Shown: positions 47,821-58,249 of the stretch, piece by piece | How the letters are laid out: each line of letters starts with the position of its first letter | Numbering within the stretch: the first letter of the stretch is position 1 | Source of the DNA: Myxococcota bacterium | GTDB lineage: Bacteria; Myxococcota; XYA12-FULL-58-9; JABJBS01 | Assembly: GCA_036339465.1 (NCBI GenBank) | Contig: JAYZAY010000073.1 | Location: 1-64,000, forward strand | Direction of reading: 5' to 3' | Length of the DNA stretch: 64,000 bases | Made by a program: the position numbers and the translations under genes | The notes under the pieces: model-generated | Seen by the model: only the letters and a program-made list of their open reading frames with translations | Told to the model about the DNA's origin: nothing | Database searches by the model: none

Positions 47821-48959
47821 ACCGGTAGAGCCCCGAAATGACCCGCCACACGCATCAAGCCACTCAGGTCATGAATATCTTCAGCCATTCGTGGAATCAT
47901 GGCCAGGGGTGCCTTCTGGCGGTACTCTGACCTAAACTCGTCCAAAACCCTATCCTGGGTTTCGGTGGCGGTCCTCTGCTCATCGGCAACGGCCACTAAT
48001 CTATCCCAAAGTTCCGCCGAGGGGTCTTTGAAGACGCCCACAGTTTCAAGTTCAGACCGAGCCGTCTCCAATTCAAAGAGCGAACGTGGAAAAAATGCAG
48101 TCCGATTCACCACATACCCTAAAAACTCAATTTTCCGTTTGGAAATCTCCTCGGCCAAAAAGCCCACATCCTTCAAAACCACGGGATCACAAATCCCCAC
48201 CACCAGCGTTCCGGTCTTTGGTGAGCGCATCATTTCCCCCAGAGACACCGCCCTGAGTCTAAAATCACTGGCCAAAAATTCCATAACCCTGAAAAACTCA
48301 AGCAATTCATCTACAAAATCCGCCCCTAAAGCCTTACTCAAAACTTCCCAAATGACCTTACCTGTGCGTTGTAAAATGGAACTGGTAATAGAACGAGAAG
48401 CTCGCTTCGGATCAAAGAGCACAAACCAGCGAAAAATATTCTCTTCCAAAAAACGAGCCACGTAGTCTGGTGCTTCTAGGAAATCCAAAACACTCTTAGA
48501 AGGCGGGGTATCTACCACAATGATATCAAAGGAAAAGTTCGTGGTTAAATCGTATAATTTCTCGATGGCGGTATACTCCAGCGTACCTGCCATCGCGCCA
48601 GAGAGCTGATTGAACACCGTATTATTCAGTACACGGTCGACGATCTTACTATCATTGGCATGGGACCGAATCAGATCTTCCAAAGTCTCTTTGGGGTCCA
48701 GCATCAAGCACCAAAGCTCTCCCTCACCGCTGTATCCAAGGCCCGACTGCAAATCGATTTTGGTGGGTTGATTCGTGAGATTGGTTCCCAGGGCATCGGC
48801 AAGGCGTTTGGCTGGGTCAATGGTTAAAACACATATTTTCTTACCACCCCGCGCCAAAGCCAGCGCCAAAGCCGCACTGGACGTGGTTTTCCCCACTCCT
48901 CCAGGTCCTGCCCACAAAACAATCTTCTTGTCTTGAATCGCCTCCAACACGGTTTCCAT
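47817..48959 (-). CDS. ArsA/Get3-like ATPase (second of tandem pair)
   Basis: GPGGVGKTT, TIDPAKRLADALG, VVDTPP, VVNR. Confidence 0.88.
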   Translation of the reverse strand: METVLEAIQDKKIVLWAGPGGVGKTTSSAALALALARGGKKICVLTIDPAKRLADALGTNLTNQPTKIDLQSGLGYSGEGELWCLMLDPKETLEDLIRSHANDSKIVDRVLNNTVFNQLSGAMAGTLEYTAIEKLYDLTTNFSFDIIVVDTPPSKSVLDFLEAPDYVARFLEENIFRWFVLFDPKRASRSITSSILQRTGKVIWEVLSKALGADFVDELLEFFRVMEFLASDFRLRAVSLGEMMRSPKTGTLVVGICDPVVLKDVGFLAEEISKRKIEFLGYVVNRTAFFPRSLFELETARSELETVGVFKDPSAELWDRLVAVADEQRTATETQDRVLDEFRSEYRQKAPLAMIPRMAEDIHDLSGLMRVAGHFGALPV

Positions 48960-48963
48960 GCCT

Positions 48964-49923
48964 TCACCCCCCCCACTCTTGGGTCAACGTGACCTCGCCC
49001 ATCACCGTTGCCAACTTTTCAATACGAGACCGCCCGACAGGGATAATCACCGGCAATTCGACAAAGCGAACCGCTAAGCAATCCTTAATTCTCCCCAACC
49101 AATGCTCCTGTCGCTGACGGTGCTTCATCTCCGTTGCCGCCAACCGAATAAGTGCCTTTCCTGAACCCTCATTCATGCTACCAAGAAGTCGTTCAAAGCC
49201 GGTACCCTCTTTCTCGGAAAAGTGTCGTTCTCGAATCAAATTGAGAATCACGCACTCCACAGACATGCCTACTTCATCCTGCAAACGCTGCTTTAATTCG
49301 ACGGATTCTTGAACCGGCAATTCTTCGGGAATGGTCACGATGGTCAGGGCAGTCCTACGTGAGTCGTAGAGAATTTTACCTATGGCTGTCGCTCGCTCAG
49401 CAATGGCGCCAAACTTCGCGATCCGGTTGATGCCCTTGGGTACACCAAGCATGGTAACCGCGTGCCCAGAAGCATGCAGATCCACAACCACGTGGTCGTA
49501 ACGCTCATCAAATCGCGGGTGCGTTCCTTGACATATCTTTTCAATGGAATTCAGGAGAACAAATTCATTGAATGATGGTGCCGCCGCCCAAAGCCTAGAA
49601 AGGATTTTATTATTGGTAGCGAATCTAACCAACCGTTCATAAGGAAGTGCGTCCCGAAAATAATCCTGGATAACGGCTGAGGTTTCTAGGTGTGTTAAAG
49701 TTAGCTTCGAATTGAATTTCCAACTGAGAACAGCTGCCCCTTGCTTAACCTCAGTTAACCCCAAGAAAATTGGGGAACTAGCGCGACCACCAATCTCACA
49801 AAATAGCACTTTCTTTCCCTGCTCACTTAAGGCGTATGCGAGAGAGAGACCACAGGATGTCTTACCTACACCACCTTTACCTGTCACCAAAATGAGCTGG
49901 CGCTGCAGAAAGTGCCTAAGCAT
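48964..49923 (-). CDS. ArsA/Get3-like ATPase (first of tandem pair)
   Basis: TGKGGVGKTS, VVDLHASGH, VTIPEELPVQES; ATG overlaps the dnaJ stop (TAATG). Confidence 0.85.
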   Translation of the reverse strand: MLRHFLQRQLILVTGKGGVGKTSCGLSLAYALSEQGKKVLFCEIGGRASSPIFLGLTEVKQGAAVLSWKFNSKLTLTHLETSAVIQDYFRDALPYERLVRFATNNKILSRLWAAAPSFNEFVLLNSIEKICQGTHPRFDERYDHVVVDLHASGHAVTMLGVPKGINRIAKFGAIAERATAIGKILYDSRRTALTIVTIPEELPVQESVELKQRLQDEVGMSVECVILNLIRERHFSEKEGTGFERLLGSMNEGSGKALIRLAATEMKHRQRQEHWLGRIKDCLAVRFVELPVIIPVGRSRIEKLATVMGEVTLTQEWGG

Positions 49924-51014
49924 TAAGAAAAGAGTCCACGCTTCTTGGCCGGCCGAACCTCCCCAAAATCCTCTAACAATTTTCTCTGTTTCGCAGTAAG
50001 TTTGGTGGGAATTTGCACTTTGCAAACGAGGTGCAAATCCCCTCTACCCGCCCCACGAAGTCTCGGGGCCCCCTTCTTTTTAATGGTGATGACATCACTT
50101 GGCTGAGTCCCCGCAGGAATCGTAACCAATTCAACCCCATCCAAGGTCTCAACCTCGATTTCCGCACCTAGAGCAACCTTCACCATATCCACATTGAGCT
50201 CCCCATAAAGCTCATCCCCCTCTCGCTGCATCCACTTATGGGCACGAACCTGAACGGTGATATAAAGGTCGCCTTGGGGCCCACCGCGCATACCTGCTTC
50301 ACCTTCACCGCTGTACCGAAGACTCATACCATCGTCAAAGCCAGGGGGAAGTTTCGCGGTAATGGTACGTTTCCCTAAAACCGTTCCCTTGCCAACGCAT
50401 TCTCGGCACGGATTACTATGTTTCTGCCCTGCACCGCTACAATCTGGGCAGCTCGACGAAACCAAGAACATTCCTTGGCCATGAACCACTTGGCCTCGCC
50501 CTTGACAGGTTGCACAAGCCACCAATTTCGACCCAGACGCCGCCCCCAACCCCGAACAGGGACTACAAGCTTGGCGCTGTTCGAAGCTCAGTTCCTTCTC
50601 ACAACCAAAGACCGCCTCTTCAAAAGAAACCGACATTCTAGCTTGAACATCGCCGCCGCGCTGAGGCCCCCCCGATCGACGACGTGAGCGACCACCTCCC
50701 ATGCCAAAGAGATCCCCAAAGATGTCGCCAAACGACGAGAAAATATCTTCGACCCCTGCACCGGAGAACCCACTAAAACCAGAGTTTCTCAGCCCCGCAT
50801 GGCCGTGGCGGTCATAAAGCGTGCGCTTTTGTGAATCAGAAAGAACTTCGTAAGCCTCTGAAGCTTCTTTGAATTTCTCTTCCGCATCGGCCGAATCGTT
50901 TCGATCGGGATGATATTGCATGGCCAATTTGCGGTAGGCCTTCTTGATTGAACCATCGTCAGCAGAACGTTCAACCCCTAATACATCGTAATAGTCGCGT
51001 GGAGTTTTCATCAT
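49923..51014 (-). CDS. dnaJ: Chaperone DnaJ
   Basis: J-domain with HPD, G/F-rich region, four CxxCxGxG repeats, GDLY. Confidence 0.96.
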   Translation of the reverse strand: MMKTPRDYYDVLGVERSADDGSIKKAYRKLAMQYHPDRNDSADAEEKFKEASEAYEVLSDSQKRTLYDRHGHAGLRNSGFSGFSGAGVEDIFSSFGDIFGDLFGMGGGRSRRRSGGPQRGGDVQARMSVSFEEAVFGCEKELSFEQRQACSPCSGLGAASGSKLVACATCQGRGQVVHGQGMFLVSSSCPDCSGAGQKHSNPCRECVGKGTVLGKRTITAKLPPGFDDGMSLRYSGEGEAGMRGGPQGDLYITVQVRAHKWMQREGDELYGELNVDMVKVALGAEIEVETLDGVELVTIPAGTQPSDVITIKKKGAPRLRGAGRGDLHLVCKVQIPTKLTAKQRKLLEDFGEVRPAKKRGLFS

Positions 51015-51092
51015 TTATCTCGAACTTAATTCTCAGTAAATTATTTAAGAAAGGACCTAGCTAACATACCGCTATGGCTCCGCAAAGCCCTA

Positions 51093-51893
51093 TTACCCAA
51101 CCAACGTGCTCTTTTGAAGATCACAGAAAAGAAGGGAGCCTGAAACCGCTGCCACCGGCAGCAGAACCAAATTTAGAAAGGGCACAAAAAACACCATAAC
51201 CAAAGCCAAACCGAAACCTAAACCCTCCCATTTGTGCCTGCGAATCACCCCCCAGCGCGCTCTGTATCCCATGAAGCGTCGCGCTGGAATCATCCCGATG
51301 AATTCGTGGGCAAAGAGCAGTGAGGTCAATCCCACGGAGATAACCGGTACCACCACAACCCCTAAAACAGGGATAAAACTCAACAAAAACAGTGGCATGT
51401 GAAAAACCGTCAGAAAAGCGAGACCCCAAAACAAGTCTCGAAAGGACACCGCCAATCCCATCCATGTGCCCCGAACCATCCCCATGTTCGGCGCTACGGG
51501 CATAGCCTCAATCATTTCCACTCTTTCCGAGAGTTTATCTAGGATGGGGCTCGCCAATGCCTGCCCCCCCATCAGGACCAAGGCCCCCCCAGCCCCAAAA
51601 CAAACCACCACCGCCAACACCCACATGGACCAAGTCAGTACCCTCGCCAAAGCGCTCCTCCACCAACCATCGCTCCCCCAAGTGGCGAGTCCTTGTTCCC
51701 AAGAGTTAAGCTCTGGATAGAGCCAAAACCACAAGCCAACCAGCGAAAGGACAAAGAGCAGCACGTTCACGCCAATGGCCAAACGTGCCAACCCCCACAA
51801 GCGATGCTTACCTAAATAGCTAAATCCCTTAAAAAAGTGAAAAAATCCGACGGTAAAACGCTGAATGGATGATGAACGTAACTTTTCCGACAT
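51093..51893 (-). CDS. EI24/CysZ-like membrane protein
   Basis: ASPILDKLSERVE, FIPVLG, FVPFLNLVLLPVAAVSG; multiple TM. Confidence 0.75.
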   Translation of the reverse strand: MSEKLRSSSIQRFTVGFFHFFKGFSYLGKHRLWGLARLAIGVNVLLFVLSLVGLWFWLYPELNSWEQGLATWGSDGWWRSALARVLTWSMWVLAVVVCFGAGGALVLMGGQALASPILDKLSERVEMIEAMPVAPNMGMVRGTWMGLAVSFRDLFWGLAFLTVFHMPLFLLSFIPVLGVVVVPVISVGLTSLLFAHEFIGMIPARRFMGYRARWGVIRRHKWEGLGFGLALVMVFFVPFLNLVLLPVAAVSGSLLFCDLQKSTLVG

Positions 51894-52057
51894 AAGGGCA
51901 TCATAGGCGCTTCAAAATGGCCTGCAACTATAAACGACCGGTCAGGTACGACGCATGGCATTATAAATTCGGACACACGACCTTTATTTCGTTGAAAACA
52001 GTTGTATAATCGGTCTATGAACCTTTTTTGCTAAACGCAATTAATTTGGGGATCTAG

Positions 52058-53938
52058 ATGAAAATGACCTTCTTAGAAGCAATTGAAGCAGGTGGCTTGA
52101 TTGCCGATGGCGCTATGGGAACCGCTCTTTATGAACGGGGGATCTTTGTAAATCGTAATTTCGATGAAGTAAATCTCATGAAGCCAGAACTCGTTTTGGC
52201 CGTTCATCGAGAATTTATCGCCGCCGGCGCCAATATGCTCGAAACCAATACCTACGGCGCCAATCCTCTTCGACTGGCCAAAGATGGGCTGGCCGACAAA
52301 TTGGAGACCATCAATCAAACCGCAGTATCCATCGCCAGGGAAGCTGCCGGTAGCGATGCCTATGTCTGTGGCTCCATAGGCCCCACCGGACTCTCCCCCA
52401 GCCAATTACGCCCTATCGAAGAAAGTGCCCAAGCCGCCTATTACAAACAAGCGAAAATCCTCAGTGACTGTGGCTGCGATGCCCTCATTCTCGAAACCTT
52501 CACCCATCCAAACGAGCTTCGCCTCGCCGTCACCGGCGCTCGAAAAGCAAGCGATCTCCCCATCGTCGCTCAAATTGCGGTAACCGATGAGGGAATTATT
52601 TACGACAACACAGATCCAGCCGACCTGGCTAAAGAGATGGTTGCTTGGGGTGCAAATGTGGTCGGTGCCAATTGCAACGGCCCCGACGAAGTGTTCCAGG
52701 TCGCCGTTCAAATGCTGGATTCAGGCTTTCCTGTTTCTGCCATGCCCAATGCAGGACGCCCCAGAAAGGTCGAGGACCGACAAATCTACATGGCCACCCC
52801 AGAAAACTTCGGGGTCTTCGCCCGCCGACTCTACAAAGCCGGCATCAAAATCGTTGGCGGGTGCTGCGGTACCACACCAGACCATGTAGAACGTATCGCC
52901 GCCGCGGCGCGAATGGCATTGCCGAATCAACAGGCACGGACTCAACGCGCTTCTGTTCAAAACAACCAAGTTCCTATGCTCACTCCGGTTCCACTGAGTA
53001 AACGCTCAACTTTCGGCTCTAAAATCGGTCGGGAATTTATTTTTAGTGTTGAGGTGAACCCCGGCGGTGGTTTGAATTTAGACCGACAAATCAAAGCAGC
53101 CAGAATGCTTCGGGATGCCGGGGCAGATGTGATAAACATCGCCGATGGTCCCAGAGCATCAGCCAGAATAGGTAATCTTTCCTTCGCCCGTAAACTCCTT
53201 GTGGAAGAAGGCATAGAACCCCTACTCCACCTTTGTTGCCGAGACCGAAATCTCCTGGGCATGGTATCCCACGTCCTCTCGGCGCATGTGGATGGCATTC
53301 GTAACTTGGTATGCATCACCGGTGATCCACCTAAAATCGGCGATTTCCCCAATGCCGCCGCCGTCTACGACTTGGACTCCATTGGTCTTTTGGGAATGCT
53401 CGAACATCTCAATTCTGGAATCGACCCAGCCGGTAAAGCCATGGATAGCCAAACTGAATTCGTTCTCGCCACAGGTGCGGAGCCGGCGGCCTTAGATTTT
53501 GAGCGAGAAATGGATCGTCTCGAACAAAAGGTTGCCAATGGTGCCAACCTCGTAATGACACAACCCGTGTTTCTCGAGGAACATATCGAGCGCTTTCTTG
53601 AACGCTCCGCCCATTTAAATGTGCCAATACTGATTGGAATTGTTCCCTTAGCGAGTTCTAAAAACGCAGAATTCTTACACAAGAACGTTCCGGGCATGAA
53701 AGTACCCGAGTCCATCCGCACAAGGATGAAAGCCGCCGGGACCGGTGATGATGCCCGCGCAGAAGGCATCGCCATCGCAATTGAAACATTGCGAATGGTC
53801 AGAGACAAAGTCGCAGGAGCCTACATCATGCCGCCCCTCGGGCGTTATGACATGGCCGCGAAAATCATCTCCGAATTTCGACACAACCGCTCGCTCTCAC
53901 CAGCAATACCCGGCTTCCAGAGCACAGAAGCCGCGTAG
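52058..53938 (+). CDS. yitJ: Bifunctional homocysteine S-methyltransferase / methylenetetrahydrofolate reductase
   Basis: DGAMGT, ETNTYGAN, GANC, PNAG, GGCCGTTP; MTHFR part INIADGP, CRDRN, TGDPP, TQPVF. Confidence 0.93.
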   Translation: MKMTFLEAIEAGGLIADGAMGTALYERGIFVNRNFDEVNLMKPELVLAVHREFIAAGANMLETNTYGANPLRLAKDGLADKLETINQTAVSIAREAAGSDAYVCGSIGPTGLSPSQLRPIEESAQAAYYKQAKILSDCGCDALILETFTHPNELRLAVTGARKASDLPIVAQIAVTDEGIIYDNTDPADLAKEMVAWGANVVGANCNGPDEVFQVAVQMLDSGFPVSAMPNAGRPRKVEDRQIYMATPENFGVFARRLYKAGIKIVGGCCGTTPDHVERIAAAARMALPNQQARTQRASVQNNQVPMLTPVPLSKRSTFGSKIGREFIFSVEVNPGGGLNLDRQIKAARMLRDAGADVINIADGPRASARIGNLSFARKLLVEEGIEPLLHLCCRDRNLLGMVSHVLSAHVDGIRNLVCITGDPPKIGDFPNAAAVYDLDSIGLLGMLEHLNSGIDPAGKAMDSQTEFVLATGAEPAALDFEREMDRLEQKVANGANLVMTQPVFLEEHIERFLERSAHLNVPILIGIVPLASSKNAEFLHKNVPGMKVPESIRTRMKAAGTGDDARAEGIAIAIETLRMVRDKVAGAYIMPPLGRYDMAAKIISEFRHNRSLSPAIPGFQSTEAA

Positions 53939-54460
53939 TGCTCGCGAATGAACGACGACCAACTTCCAGGCATGGAAATGGCGTCTTCCTGTGTCTCGCC
54001 AATGATCCCAACTTCTAGGCAAGAAGCCAGGCGGCCATTCCCCCAACCAATTCTCAACTTTCAGGGCATGAAAGCCGAATCATGCGTCGGTTATGAACGA
54101 CTCGAACCCATCGTCTTGAAACGCTTGTCGAGTTCAAGAACGACCCAGTCGTCCCCGCGACGCCATTGCCCCGAAGGATTTTTCTCCGGTGACGTAATCG
54201 TTTCGATGGCTTCCTTTAAGAGAGCCTCACAAACGTTTTCTGAGCTTGTCACTATTTCCTGATGCATATTGCGCGCTCCCTGCCGCTTCGATTTGGACGT
54301 TGCGGCGCGTTTAGGCGCAAAAAATGGTATTGCCAAGTGCATTTCCCCCCCCGAGGTTTGCAACTCTATTACGAAAGATCATAACCCCACACAAGACAGG
54401 TTTGCACGCAAAATAGCGTAGGCAAAAAGTGACCCAAGCCGTAAGGATAACCCCTCAATC

Positions 54461-55576
54461 TTACTGAGAATAGCTACAAATCAGCGTGTCTGAGCCCAAA
54501 CGCTCAACTTTCCCAATACGAAATCGAGACGCTTCCATAAGGGAGCTGACAGCCTTACCACGAACACTGGGGTACAATCCCTCCCCTCCAATAATCATTG
54601 GGGCAATAAAAGTGTAACATTTGTCGACGACGTTCTCGGAAAAAAATCCCCCTAAAACCGTGGGGCCGCCCTCCACCAGAATGGATGTTAAATCTCGGCG
54701 ACCGAGTTCATCCAACACAGCACCTAAAGCCACCCGCCCCTTAACTTCGGGCACGGCGATCACCTGAACGCCGGCAAGGAGATTGAGTGCTTTTGTTCGG
54801 GCCTTCGGTGCCCGTTCCGAACAAAAAATGAGACTCGTCCCGGGGTTTCTTTTCCCCACCCGCCAACAAGCTGCAGTGAGTGGACTCCGAGCCTGGGTGT
54901 CCAAAATGATTCGAATGGGGTCCCGTCCACCTCGAACCCGGCAAGTGAGCAGAGGATTATCGGCGAGGACCGTTCCCACCCCCACCAAAATCCCATCCAA
55001 TTCATTGCGCAACCGATGCCCATACCGACGAGATTCCTTTCCGGTGATCCATTTCGATTCCCCGCTGTCTGTGGCCACTTTACCATCGAGAGTTTGGGCC
55101 ATCTTCGCCACAACCCAGGGCCGGTGGGTTTTGATGAAGTGGGAAAACGCCTCATTTTGCTCGATGCATTGGTTCCTGAGAATCCCAGTTTCCACCCCAA
55201 TTCCGGCCTTCCGAAGTCTCCGGATCGCGCGCCCATTGGCAAATTCATTGGGATCGCGCATTCCCACAAACACCCGATTGACCCCCGCCTTGATGAGTGC
55301 GTCGGTACAAGGCGGCGTGTGACCAAAATGATTACAAGGCTCTAGGGTCACGTAAATATCGGCGCCATTGGCAAATCTCCCCGCATCCTCCAAGGCCGCC
55401 ACTTCAGCATGCAGTCCACCGGCCTTGGCATGATGGCCTCGGCCCACGATATTGCCCTTCTTCACAACAACACAACCCACCATGGGATTTGGCCCGGTGC
55501 GGCCCCGTCCCTTTTCTGCTTCAACGAGCGCCTCCTCCATGAATGTTGCCTGCTTTTCCATTTGACTTGGGTCCAA
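54461..55576 (-). CDS. ribD: Riboflavin biosynthesis deaminase/reductase RibD
   Basis: PNPMVG, HAE, TLEPCNH...PPC, TLDGK, SKWIT, DNP, VEGG. Confidence 0.96.
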   Translation of the reverse strand: MDPSQMEKQATFMEEALVEAEKGRGRTGPNPMVGCVVVKKGNIVGRGHHAKAGGLHAEVAALEDAGRFANGADIYVTLEPCNHFGHTPPCTDALIKAGVNRVFVGMRDPNEFANGRAIRRLRKAGIGVETGILRNQCIEQNEAFSHFIKTHRPWVVAKMAQTLDGKVATDSGESKWITGKESRRYGHRLRNELDGILVGVGTVLADNPLLTCRVRGGRDPIRIILDTQARSPLTAACWRVGKRNPGTSLIFCSERAPKARTKALNLLAGVQVIAVPEVKGRVALGAVLDELGRRDLTSILVEGGPTVLGGFFSENVVDKCYTFIAPMIIGGEGLYPSVRGKAVSSLMEASRFRIGKVERLGSDTLICSYSQ

Positions 55577-55704
55577 AGTGCACTCCCGCAGCGACTAATA
55601 TTATCCAATACTTAGGAGAAATCGATGCTAAATCAGAGCGACGGCCCGTCCAGACCTCTTACGCAAAGTGATTTCATCAGATAGAGTCAGAGTAGAAGGT
55701 CGAG

Positions 55705-56460
55705 ATGAAAAAACCAAGTTCGCCCCATAAATTCGCTCAAAAGGCGTCGGTTTTCCCGCCCCCTTCTAGCGCTGATGAATACGGTCTCGTGGCCATCACC
55801 TGGGAACTTAATTCAGACCTCCTTTACGATGCCTACCAACATGGTATTTTTCCCTGGTCGGAAAACCCAGTGTGTTGGTTCTCCCCCGATAAACGGGCGA
55901 TTTTCCCCTGGGATCGGGTCAAAATACCCAAAAAGCTACAAAAACAGGCCCGAAAGGCGGGACTGAGGGTAACATACGATCTCGCATTTCGGGAGGTGAT
56001 CCAGGGGTGCTCCGATTCGCACCGACACCAGGGAGAATGGATCAGCCCCGGGTTTGTGCGTTCCTACACGCAGCTTCATCAACGGGGTCATGCCCATAGC
56101 GTGGAAGTCTGGCAGAACGAGCAACTCGTGGGCGGTCTCTATGGAGTACAAGTACAGGGGCTCTTCGCCGGTGAATCCATGTTCTTCAGAGTACCCAACG
56201 CCTCCAAATTGGCCTTTTCTGCTCTTTTGGCCAAGCTCATCCACATCGGCTGTCCACTCATCGACGCCCAGGTATTAAACGACCACACCGAACAATTGGG
56301 TGCCGTGGAGATCCCCCGGGCAGATTATCTTCAGCTTCTCCACTATGCCCTCAATGTTCGCCCCACAGAAAATTCAGCAACCTGGAGTACACCCTTTAAG
56401 GATTTAGACGCACTCTTTGGCTTTCTAAAGCCCAATCTCAACAAATTTCCAAAAAGCTAA
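55705..56460 (+). CDS. aat: Leucyl/phenylalanyl-tRNA--protein transferase
   Basis: AYQHGIFPW, WFSP, AHSVEVW, LVGGLYG, GESMF, ASK, IDAQ. Confidence 0.95.
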   Translation: MKKPSSPHKFAQKASVFPPPSSADEYGLVAITWELNSDLLYDAYQHGIFPWSENPVCWFSPDKRAIFPWDRVKIPKKLQKQARKAGLRVTYDLAFREVIQGCSDSHRHQGEWISPGFVRSYTQLHQRGHAHSVEVWQNEQLVGGLYGVQVQGLFAGESMFFRVPNASKLAFSALLAKLIHIGCPLIDAQVLNDHTEQLGAVEIPRADYLQLLHYALNVRPTENSATWSTPFKDLDALFGFLKPNLNKFPKS

Positions 56461-56549
56461 GATTGCCGTCAATCGAAAAAGGGACAGCGAAGTACTTGAC
56501 GAAGGCTACGCAATCATCATAAGAGCCTAAAGCGCCGAACGGCAACTCT

Positions 56550-56625
56550 TCCCGAGTAGCTCAGTTGGTAGAGCAGGTGGCTGTTAACCACCCTGCCGCT
56601 GGTTCGAGTCCGGCCTCGGGAGCCA
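56550..56625 (+). tRNA. tRNA-Asn (anticodon GTT), CCA encoded
   Basis: Acceptor stem TCCCGAG/CTCGGGA, D arm GCTC/GAGC, anticodon arm GGTGG-CTGTTAA-CCACC, T loop TTCGAGT; 76 nt. Confidence 0.97.
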
Positions 56626-56633
56626 TTCGACAT

Positions 56634-56664
56634 AAGCCTCGTCCTAAGGACGGGGCTTTTTTTT
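56634..56664 (+). terminator. Rho-independent terminator of tRNA-Asn
   Basis: Hairpin AAGCCTCGTCC-TAA-GGACGGGGCTT followed by a T-run. Confidence 0.88.
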
Positions 56665-56697
56665 GTTTGAGCCTCCAAAAAGATGGAGATGTCGCGC

Positions 56698-56738
<41 letters not shown>

Positions 56739-56867
56739 CCAGCCCAACGGGCTTAGGCTGTTTTTGTACAATTCGATACTTTATCCCCCTCTCAAGCCTC
56801 TTTCGCTTTGCTCTCTACCACCACTGTGGCAAAAGCAGGATTAAATTCGACCAACCAACTTAATAAA

Positions 56868-58052
56868 ATGATAAAGCCCCTACTCTTCCTCACATCTTTG
56901 ATGACGGCCCCTATCGCTGAGATCGCGGATTCACCGAATGGGGAAACCCATGCTTCGGAGCAAAACTATTTTTTTTACAATCCAGGTGGCGTGGGGGCAC
57001 ACGCCTTTCATACTCCCTGGACAATCATTATCGAATCGGGTTTCGAAGAATACGATTCCAGGTCCTTAAACAAACTCAATCTCGCCCGAGGCCAAAAGCT
57101 GCTGTTGAAAAGCATTCTAAATCCCGCTGATATCCTCGATCGGTATGGCAAGAAGAAATTTTTATATCAACAGATTTTGCCGGCTGCTGGAGTGACGGGC
57201 GGGCCTCCTGCCTACATTCCCAACTATCTTTGGCACCTCCTCGGTGGCGGCTTCCGGTTTCGGCTTATGACCGAATATTTCACCCATCACGGCTCTAAAT
57301 ATCCACAGCTCTTCTCCTGGCTCACCCTCTACGCAGGCCATTGGCTCAATGAAGCAGTCCAAGCCCAGGAATTGAAGCATGGCTCCGCAGATGCCTTGGC
57401 AGATCTCTTTTTCTTCGATTGGGTAGGCAAGGTACTTTTTCTCAATGATTCAGTGTCCGAATTTTTCAGTAAGGTATTGCACCTTCGTGACTGGAGCTAC
57501 CAAACCTCTTGGAATCCCCTCACCAACAGCCTACACAATACGGGGCAACTTTTCTGGGCTCGGCTAGATCTGGGCTGGGGATTCAGCCTCTCCAGCTTGA
57601 CCGGCCATACCATTAACTCGGCCAACCTGACATATTCCATGGATGACAATCGTACCCAATGGAGCATTGGCGCTGGGCTAAGGGCGAGCGGATATGAGGT
57701 GCTCGAAAATGATGATTTGGTTCCGAGACAATTGCGGTGGTGCTTTTTAGCTGCCTATTCTGAAAATGATAATCCGATTTTAGTGATCGTTGGAAAAGAG
57801 GGTTTGCCCGAGAATACCCTTTATGACCGTACGGTCCCAGAACCCAGACCTTTAAAGCGCGATAACTATACCCTCGCCCCCAGCATCCAAATCAATATGT
57901 ATCCAAAATGGCTTGAGTTATGGGGCGAAAAAATCGCCCTTCATGTGAGTTGGAAAAAAGACGCATTTTTTATGGGTTTTGGTCATAGCCTCCTTCCCGT
58001 CGGTCTGGGAATTTCTACGCCAGTGCACGAAAAATATCGGGACGACTTCTAA
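56868..58052 (+). CDS. Exported/envelope hypothetical protein (weak resemblance to DUF3943-type proteins)
   Basis: Signal-like N-terminus; NYLWHLLGGG...WLNEAVQ...DALADL; beta-rich C-terminal half ending in F. Confidence 0.65.
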   Translation: MIKPLLFLTSLMTAPIAEIADSPNGETHASEQNYFFYNPGGVGAHAFHTPWTIIIESGFEEYDSRSLNKLNLARGQKLLLKSILNPADILDRYGKKKFLYQQILPAAGVTGGPPAYIPNYLWHLLGGGFRFRLMTEYFTHHGSKYPQLFSWLTLYAGHWLNEAVQAQELKHGSADALADLFFFDWVGKVLFLNDSVSEFFSKVLHLRDWSYQTSWNPLTNSLHNTGQLFWARLDLGWGFSLSSLTGHTINSANLTYSMDDNRTQWSIGAGLRASGYEVLENDDLVPRQLRWCFLAAYSENDNPILVIVGKEGLPENTLYDRTVPEPRPLKRDNYTLAPSIQINMYPKWLELWGEKIALHVSWKKDAFFMGFGHSLLPVGLGISTPVHEKYRDDF

Positions 58053-58249
58053 TTGTTCCTAATCCGTTTTCTCAAGCCTCCACGAGGACAGCCCATTTTG
58101 CTCCTACCACAGGGATTCAAGTATTGGTGACCATCGAGGCTTGATTCTCTTTGGGAAACGGTATTCAACCGACAGCCACGGGGCACAGTGGAACACCCCC
58201 TATTATTACCTCAAACATGCTTGAGACATGCTTTCCACCCTACGCCCAA

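Noticed and set aside
47817..49923. Arsenite-resistance ArsA
   Set aside because: No arsB, arsC, arsD or arsR nearby; motifs fit the Get3-like tandem pair type
51894..52057. SAM riboswitch upstream of yitJ
   Set aside because: Short divergent intergenic region with no recognisable SAM-I/II core; only a TATAAT at 52005 without a good -35
56496..56523. Sigma70 promoter for tRNA-Asn (TTGACG...CATAAG)
   Set aside because: The -35 is good but the -10 is weak with a 16-bp spacer; not enough support to list
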